The notes under the pieces were generated by a model that did no database searches, was not told the origin of the DNA, and saw only the letters and a list, made by a program, of their open reading frames with translations. Position numbers and translations under genes: made by a program. A DNA stretch of 64,000 nt. It comes from Spirochaetota bacterium. GTDB taxonomy: Bacteria > Spirochaetota > UBA4802 > UBA5550. Positions 58,443 to 64,000 of the stretch are shown here, piece by piece; position 1 is the stretch's first letter, and each line of letters starts with the position of its first letter. The DNA lies in the NCBI GenBank assembly GCA_041749375.1, contig JBGTBN010000149.1, forward strand, positions 3,014-67,013, written 5' to 3'.

Positions 58443-59744
58443 ATGGCTTACGATTGTCTTATCATCGGCGGAGGACTGGCGGGGCTTACCTGCGGTATCA
58501 AGTGCCTGTCTGAAGGGTTGCGCACCGTCATCATATCCTCCGGCATGAATGCGCTCCACTTTTCATCCGGGTCGATCGACGTATTCGGCTATACCCGCAG
58601 CAAAGAGCCGGTCAACCGCCCCTTCGACTATATCGACATGTATACTAAAGAGCGCCCGGACCACCCATACGCGAAAATGGGCTCGGCCGGCGTTCGCGAG
58701 GCAATCGATTTCATAGTCCCCCAGATAGCACGGGAGAACCTCTCGCTCGTGACCAACGGCGACGAGAACCATTTCCATGTCACCGGCATCGGCACGCTGA
58801 AGCCGACATATCTGTCACAGCCGAGCGTGTACAACGAACGCATCAGAGCGGCATGGGAGAACAGGGAGCCGATCGCGGTCCTCAATTTCGAGGGCTACCG
58901 CGATTATTACGCCGAGATGGCGGCTGAACAGCTGAAAAAGCAGCCACTCTTCCAGGGTGTTGACATATTCGTCGACAGCATCAGGCTTCCCTACTATGCA
59001 CCCACCGAGAAGAACCTTCTGGAATTCAGGTCCATCGATCTGGCGCGCGTGTTCGATACGGAAAAATACCTGCCGCGCATAGCCGGGGAGATCGTCAAAA
59101 AAGCGGGTAATGCGCGGATCGTCTGCCTGCCCGCATTTATCGGTATACGCGACTACGAGACCATCCACCGCAAGCTCGAGGAGATGACGGGCCGGCTCAT
59201 ATACGAGGTCCCTTCACTTCCGCCGTCCATTCTCGGGATGCGGCTCGACAACGCGCTGAAATCACGCTTCGCGGCACTTGGCGGCGAGTTTTCCATCGGC
59301 GACACGGTTAATGGCGGCGAGATAGTATCGGGTTTACTCGACCACGTTCATACCTGTAACTACGGTGCAACGCGCCACCGGTCAAAATACTACGTCCTTG
59401 CGTCAGGCAGCTTTTTCAGCGATGGTCTGCGGAGCGAATTCAACAAAATCACCGAGCCCATCCTCGGACTTACGGTCAACGCATCGCAAAAACGGAGCGA
59501 ATGGTACTCGGAGCACTTTTTTGACGAAGCGAGCCACCCCTTCCTCGGCTACGGTGTTGAAACGAACGCCCGTCTCAACCCGTTTGACGCCAGCGGCAGT
59601 CCCGTTGAAAACCTGTTCTGCGCGGGCGCGCTCCTGTGCGGCTATGACCCGATCCGGGAGGCCTCGGGCGGCGGCGTGGCCATCGCGACCGGTTATAAAG
59701 CTGCCCGCGAAATCATCGGCCTGTGCCGGGGAGCACGCGCATGA
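58443..59744 (+). CDS. glpB: anaerobic glycerol-3-phosphate dehydrogenase subunit B
   Basis: CLIIGGGLAGLTCG; size and position between glpA and glpC. Confidence 0.85.
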   Translation: MAYDCLIIGGGLAGLTCGIKCLSEGLRTVIISSGMNALHFSSGSIDVFGYTRSKEPVNRPFDYIDMYTKERPDHPYAKMGSAGVREAIDFIVPQIARENLSLVTNGDENHFHVTGIGTLKPTYLSQPSVYNERIRAAWENREPIAVLNFEGYRDYYAEMAAEQLKKQPLFQGVDIFVDSIRLPYYAPTEKNLLEFRSIDLARVFDTEKYLPRIAGEIVKKAGNARIVCLPAFIGIRDYETIHRKLEEMTGRLIYEVPSLPPSILGMRLDNALKSRFAALGGEFSIGDTVNGGEIVSGLLDHVHTCNYGATRHRSKYYVLASGSFFSDGLRSEFNKITEPILGLTVNASQKRSEWYSEHFFDEASHPFLGYGVETNARLNPFDASGSPVENLFCAGALLCGYDPIREASGGGVAIATGYKAAREIIGLCRGARA

Positions 59745-60955
59745 TAAAGCTCGAGAACATCAGCTTTGACCACTGCCTGAAATGCACCGTGTGCACCATA
59801 TACTGCCCCGTGGCGAAGGTGACCCATCTCTTCCCCGGCCCCAAGCAGTCAGGCCCGGACGCGGAGCGTCTCCGTATCAAGAACCCGGAGCTGGTGGATG
59901 CCTCTCTTAAATACTGCTCCAACTGCAAGCGGTGCGAGATTGCCTGTCCCTCGGGCGTGCAGATCGCCTCTATCATCCAGGAGGCAAAATGGAATTACGT
60001 GCGCAAGGGCATGTTCCGCCCGCGCGACTTTTTCATGAGCAGGACCGACCTGGTCGGCTCCATCGCCACCCGGGTGAGCACCATAGCGAATTTTGTCCTC
60101 GGGCTCTCGCTGGTCAAATTCTTCATGGAAATCATACTGAAGATACCCATGAAGAGCGTGTTCCCATCGTACGCGTCCGGCACCTTCGTTAATAAATTCT
60201 CCCGCCTGCGCAAATCCCAGGCCCCCTACGCAAACAGGGTCACCTATTTTCACGGCTGTTTTGTCAATTACAACAACCACCGGCTCGGCCGGGACCTGGT
60301 CCGTGTCCTGAACGCGATGAACATAGGCATCGACATTACCGATGAAAAATGCTGCGGGGTTCCGCTGATCGCCAACGGCTACCTCGAAAAGGCGAAGAAA
60401 AACGGGATTTATAACATACGCTCCCTCTCGCGAATGCAGCGCGCGAACGGCGGCAAGATCGTATCGACGTCATCGAGCTGCTCCTACGCCCTTAAGCACG
60501 AGTATTCGCATTTCCTGAAGCTCGACAACAGCGCAATCTACGACGACGTGGAGTATATCACGAAGTTCCTGTTTGACCAGTTTGAAGCCGGGAACATGCC
60601 CGCGATGAACCCGGTACCTTTGAGGGTTGCATATCACTCACCCTGCCATCTCGAGCGCCTGGGCGGCGTTATCTACACGATTGACATCTTAAAGCGCATC
60701 CCGGGGCTGGACCTTGTCATCCTTCACTCTGAATGCTGCGGGATAGCGGGTACCTACGGTTTCAAGAAGGAATATTACCAGATCAGCAAAAGGATCGGCT
60801 CCCAGCTCTTCCAACTCATCGAGCATGTGAACCCTGAGTTCGTCGTGACCGACTGCGAGACCTGCTCGCTCCAGATCGAATCCAACACCGAGTACAGGGT
60901 CTTGCACCCGGTAAATCTCCTGGCAATGGCGCTTGAATCGATGCCGGAAGCCTGA
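59741..60955 (+). CDS. glpC: anaerobic glycerol-3-phosphate dehydrogenase subunit C
   Basis: Two ferredoxin motifs, CLKCTVCTIYCP and CSNCKRCEIACP, plus two CCG domains. ATGA overlap with glpB. Confidence 0.85.
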   Translation: MIKLENISFDHCLKCTVCTIYCPVAKVTHLFPGPKQSGPDAERLRIKNPELVDASLKYCSNCKRCEIACPSGVQIASIIQEAKWNYVRKGMFRPRDFFMSRTDLVGSIATRVSTIANFVLGLSLVKFFMEIILKIPMKSVFPSYASGTFVNKFSRLRKSQAPYANRVTYFHGCFVNYNNHRLGRDLVRVLNAMNIGIDITDEKCCGVPLIANGYLEKAKKNGIYNIRSLSRMQRANGGKIVSTSSSCSYALKHEYSHFLKLDNSAIYDDVEYITKFLFDQFEAGNMPAMNPVPLRVAYHSPCHLERLGGVIYTIDILKRIPGLDLVILHSECCGIAGTYGFKKEYYQISKRIGSQLFQLIEHVNPEFVVTDCETCSLQIESNTEYRVLHPVNLLAMALESMPEA

Positions 60956-60977
60956 CGCGCTGTCCAGTTCCCCTGCC

Positions 60978-61766
60978 TTATCGTCCTTTCCTCATCGCAA
61001 AAACGGCCGCGCCCAGCGCGCCGATTATCTGAGGATCAACGGGGAGCGCCGTCACCTCTGCGTCCAGGATCTTGCCCAGCGCCCTGATAAGCCCCCTGTT
61101 CTTTGCGCAGCCGCCCGTAACGGTCACACGGGGGCGAACGCCGATCCGCTTCAGGAGGGTAAAGCAGCGCTTGGCTACCGCCGCCTGTATGCCCGCGGCT
61201 ATTTCATCCGGCGGGTTCCGCTTGGCCAGGAGGCTTACAACCTCGGTTTCAGCAAACACGCTGCACTGGGCTGTGACCGCAATCGGCTTTTTCGCTTTCA
61301 TAGACAGCTCCGAAAACTGCTCCAGGTCCATGCGGAATATGCGGCTCATCCCCTCCAGGAAACGCCCGGTCCCGGCGGCGCACTTATCGTTCATCGCAAA
61401 CTCCATGACTGAGCCGTCTCCGTTGAGGGATATTCCCTTCACGTCCTGACCGCCGATATCGACGATTGTTTTTATTTCTTTATTGCAGTGAAACGCGCCG
61501 GCTGCGTGGCAGCTTATCTCTGAAATGTTCTCGTTCGCGAACGGCACCTCGTTCCTCCCGTATCCCGTGCCCACCAGATACGCCAGGTCCCTGTAGCTTT
61601 TCAGGTCCTGCACCTGCGCGCACGCTTTCTCCAGAGCGTTGCGCGATGTTTCCTCCGGGTCTATTTCACTCGGCACGATACAGGACGCGACTATTCCGTT
61701 CTCGTCCATAATGACCGCTTTGCCGGTCGTAGATCCCACGTCGCATCCGCCGAAATACTTTTTCAT
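60978..61766 (-). CDS. 2-hydroxyacyl-CoA dehydratase activase (BcrAD/BadFG/HgdC ATPase)
   Basis: GCDVGSTTGKAVIM, DIGGQD and TGGCAKN. Confidence 0.88.
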   Translation of the reverse strand: MKKYFGGCDVGSTTGKAVIMDENGIVASCIVPSEIDPEETSRNALEKACAQVQDLKSYRDLAYLVGTGYGRNEVPFANENISEISCHAAGAFHCNKEIKTIVDIGGQDVKGISLNGDGSVMEFAMNDKCAAGTGRFLEGMSRIFRMDLEQFSELSMKAKKPIAVTAQCSVFAETEVVSLLAKRNPPDEIAAGIQAAVAKRCFTLLKRIGVRPRVTVTGGCAKNRGLIRALGKILDAEVTALPVDPQIIGALGAAVFAMRKGR

Positions 61767-61835
61767 CTCATACCCCGTCCATAGTGATGCGCGGCCGATC
61801 AGCCGCGTCTGTTGTTTCGCCCCGTCTCCGCGGAC

Positions 61836-63221
61836 CTATGACAGCTTTTCCGCCTTCATAACGTTTTCCATGAAATGCTCGACCTGCGTGATCATTCCCT
61901 CGTGCGTGACGATTCTCGGGTCGGATAGATCGTAATCGAGTATGAGGAGCGGGATCCCGGCCTCGCGGCACATCTCCCTGAGCACGCCGTTCAACGCGGC
62001 GGTATTCTTGCAGCCGACATGTCCGGCCACCCATATCATGTCCAGGTCAAACTGCTTGTATATCCGGAATATGTCATCGAGATAGTTTTCCGCCGGCCCC
62101 CGGGTATGGCGCGCCATCGGACCCTGCATGATAATATTCCCCATACCGCGCAGCATCGAGTCTGGCGTCGACGTGTCGATGATGGGTAGGCTATTATAAG
62201 TCATGCTGTCAATGATGAGAGCAACGCCATAGGTCTGCTCGACCCAGTTGAAAATATCCAGGAAATGAAGAAACGGCGGGTTCCAGAGCACTGCCCGGTA
62301 CTTTTCATTCCTGACCGCACCCTTTTTTTCAGAAATGTTTTTCCTGCATAGTTCCGCAAGGCGCTCATATAGTTTGAGGGAAGCTTCCGATCCGGCGGTT
62401 ATGTTAAAATGCCACAGGTGCGGGAGGTATACTGCCTCCGCGGCCAGCGGTGCCGGGCGCGTCCGGATCATGTCCCAAATCTCCATCTCCAGCTCGGCCA
62501 TTCGGTTGCGCCGCTCGCAGATCTCACTGAACCGGTCCCAGTCCATGCGGCCCGGGGTGCGCTCCTCGAGCCACGCAATCATCTTTTTCAGATCGTCCGC
62601 AAAATAGCGAGTGGCGCGTTCGTTGTAAAAGTTAAACGGCACGTCGAGCCGGTACGTCGGCGCTTTGAGCGCTTTCTCAATCAATTCGTATGACATCATG
62701 CCGCCGTCACAGGGAAGGTTCGACGCGACGATCGCCAGGACATCCGGGAGCTTCCCCTTCAGGGCCATGCCCATGGTACTTTTCGGCAGGCTGCAGACAT
62801 CGGGCGGGATGCCCTCGTTTTCACTCGCGTCAATGTACTCTTCCATGGCAGTCGGGTCAAGCATGGGGAGCAGTATGCCGAGCACTTCCGTCGTCCAGGT
62901 TGTCAGGCCCATGGCCCGGGCTATCTCCGAGGGCACCATGTCCTCATTCATGATGAGACGGTCCGAATGGAGGAAAACCCCCTCGAGCAGCTCACCAATG
63001 CTGCAGACGACCGTGTAGATGACAAGGCAGATCGCCTCACGGTACAGTCCGGTCCTTCCCCGGGACATCCGCCTCATCAGGCCAATTACTTTTAAAAGGT
63101 ACCAGAGCCAGTCATACTTCCGGATTTCGCGGATCATGTCAATGGGGCCGTGCTTCAGGCCGAGGCGTGCAATCCTGAGCAATATTAAAATCGAGTATTT
63201 GATGAATACGATCTGGTCCAT
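61836..63221 (-). CDS. 2-hydroxyacyl-CoA dehydratase family subunit
   Basis: HgdA/BcrB-family pattern (CSLPKS, NLPCDGG, VAGHVGCKN); 461 aa. Confidence 0.8.
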   Translation of the reverse strand: MDQIVFIKYSILILLRIARLGLKHGPIDMIREIRKYDWLWYLLKVIGLMRRMSRGRTGLYREAICLVIYTVVCSIGELLEGVFLHSDRLIMNEDMVPSEIARAMGLTTWTTEVLGILLPMLDPTAMEEYIDASENEGIPPDVCSLPKSTMGMALKGKLPDVLAIVASNLPCDGGMMSYELIEKALKAPTYRLDVPFNFYNERATRYFADDLKKMIAWLEERTPGRMDWDRFSEICERRNRMAELEMEIWDMIRTRPAPLAAEAVYLPHLWHFNITAGSEASLKLYERLAELCRKNISEKKGAVRNEKYRAVLWNPPFLHFLDIFNWVEQTYGVALIIDSMTYNSLPIIDTSTPDSMLRGMGNIIMQGPMARHTRGPAENYLDDIFRIYKQFDLDMIWVAGHVGCKNTAALNGVLREMCREAGIPLLILDYDLSDPRIVTHEGMITQVEHFMENVMKAEKLS

Positions 63222-63251
63222 TGCGTCCTTTTCCCCTCTGCCGTGCTTTTG

Positions 63252-64000
63252 TTACCTGCCCATGCTCTCAAGGAACGCCTGCACCCTGGTCCGGAGCTGG
63301 CCCTCCCCGCTCAAGCGGTATTCGCGCTCCAGCTTGAGCACCGGTATGCCGGCATCCCTGAGCGCGGAAACCAGCGACCCGGACTCGACCCCCCAGATGT
63401 CGCAGAATTTCACGATCTGTATGATCACGCCGTCGACCCGGTACTCTTTCACCGTCTCGATGATTTTTTCAACCCGGGTGTCGAAATCCTCCATCATGCG
63501 GGGACACATCGTTTTCCTGAAAACATGCCTGGCCACGTCCTCAAGCGGGTCCCCGGACAGGGGAATGGCTTCAAGCCCGGGGATGGAACCGGTACAGAAC
63601 CGGTCGGCCACCACGATCCCTCCCTGGGACTCAATGGCCCGGATATACTCGGGATCATCGAGCTCCCCCCCGGCGACCATGAGTCGTGCGCGTGGCTCCT
63701 TCTCGCCGTCACCGTCTGCAATCTCATCAAGCAGCGTCCTGACATGCGGCACGATAAGGCGCGTCGGCGATACCTGCGCAGCCATGATAACCCGGTGAAA
63801 ATCCGATCCGGAAATGGGCGGGCGCTCTTTCATTCTTAATTCGCCTATCGACCTGAGAAGCGCGAGGAGCTCATTATACCCGCGTACCGATTTCTCGATC
63901 ATCGCGCTGCCCGTATCCACGGCGAAATGGCATGCCAACTTTTCAGCAAGGTCCCGGACCTCCTCGATGTACCAGTCCTCGCCCGCCTGGCCGGTTTTGT
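63252..64000 (-). CDS. 2-hydroxyacyl-CoA dehydratase family subunit (partial; N-terminus beyond the right edge)
   Basis: The listed start at 63938 is an internal TTG, and the frame stays open to 64000 (...TGQAGEDWYIEEVRDLAEKLACHF). HgdB/BcrC-like C-terminus (DRFCTGS, VKFCDIWG). Confidence 0.8.
   Translation of the reverse strand, partial: KTGQAGEDWYIEEVRDLAEKLACHFAVDTGSAMIEKSVRGYNELLALLRSIGELRMKERPPISGSDFHRVIMAAQVSPTRLIVPHVRTLLDEIADGDGEKEPRARLMVAGGELDDPEYIRAIESQGGIVVADRFCTGSIPGLEAIPLSGDPLEDVARHVFRKTMCPRMMEDFDTRVEKIIETVKEYRVDGVIIQIVKFCDIWGVESGSLVSALRDAGIPVLKLEREYRLSGEGQLRTRVQAFLESMGR

Overview
GC-rich, gene-dense bacterial chromosomal segment with about 55 genes and short intergenic gaps. Most of it looks like core housekeeping of an anaerobe: mutS, leuCD, mcsA-mcsB-clpC, citrate synthase, pgi, asd, tungsten-type aldehyde:ferredoxin oxidoreductase, uvrC, tRNA-Pro(GGG), pheST, pcm, hslO, glpABC, and a 2-hydroxyacyl-CoA dehydratase with its activase. 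I saw no rRNA, CRISPR array, transposase, integrase or reverse transcriptase. The taxon cannot be assigned from the sequence alone. The one clearly accessory locus is the left edge (1-1616). It holds a truncated, frameshifted Rhs/YD core end fused to an AT-rich C-terminal toxin tip that I cannot match to any known family. An immunity-like ORF missing from the supplied track follows it and runs off the window. This looks like an orphan polymorphic-toxin cassette set directly against mutS. Secondary items worth a look are listed here. (1) A 160-nt element bounded by 15-bp perfect inverted repeats between marR and a HAMP/TPR sensor gene. (2) An inverted pair of 10-bp-phased repeats upstream of tRNA-Pro. 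(3) An ATP-grasp, two-methyltransferase and LtaS-like cluster behind a 545-bp AT-rich gap. (4) A GerMN, CYTH and GAF-GGDEF operon. (5) An EIIA(Ntr)-like protein fused to a zinc ribbon. (6) A pcm gene with two in-frame Shine-Dalgarno-preceded starts. (7) Several lineage-specific hypothetical proteins. All functional calls rest on motifs read by eye in the supplied translations; no database search was possible.
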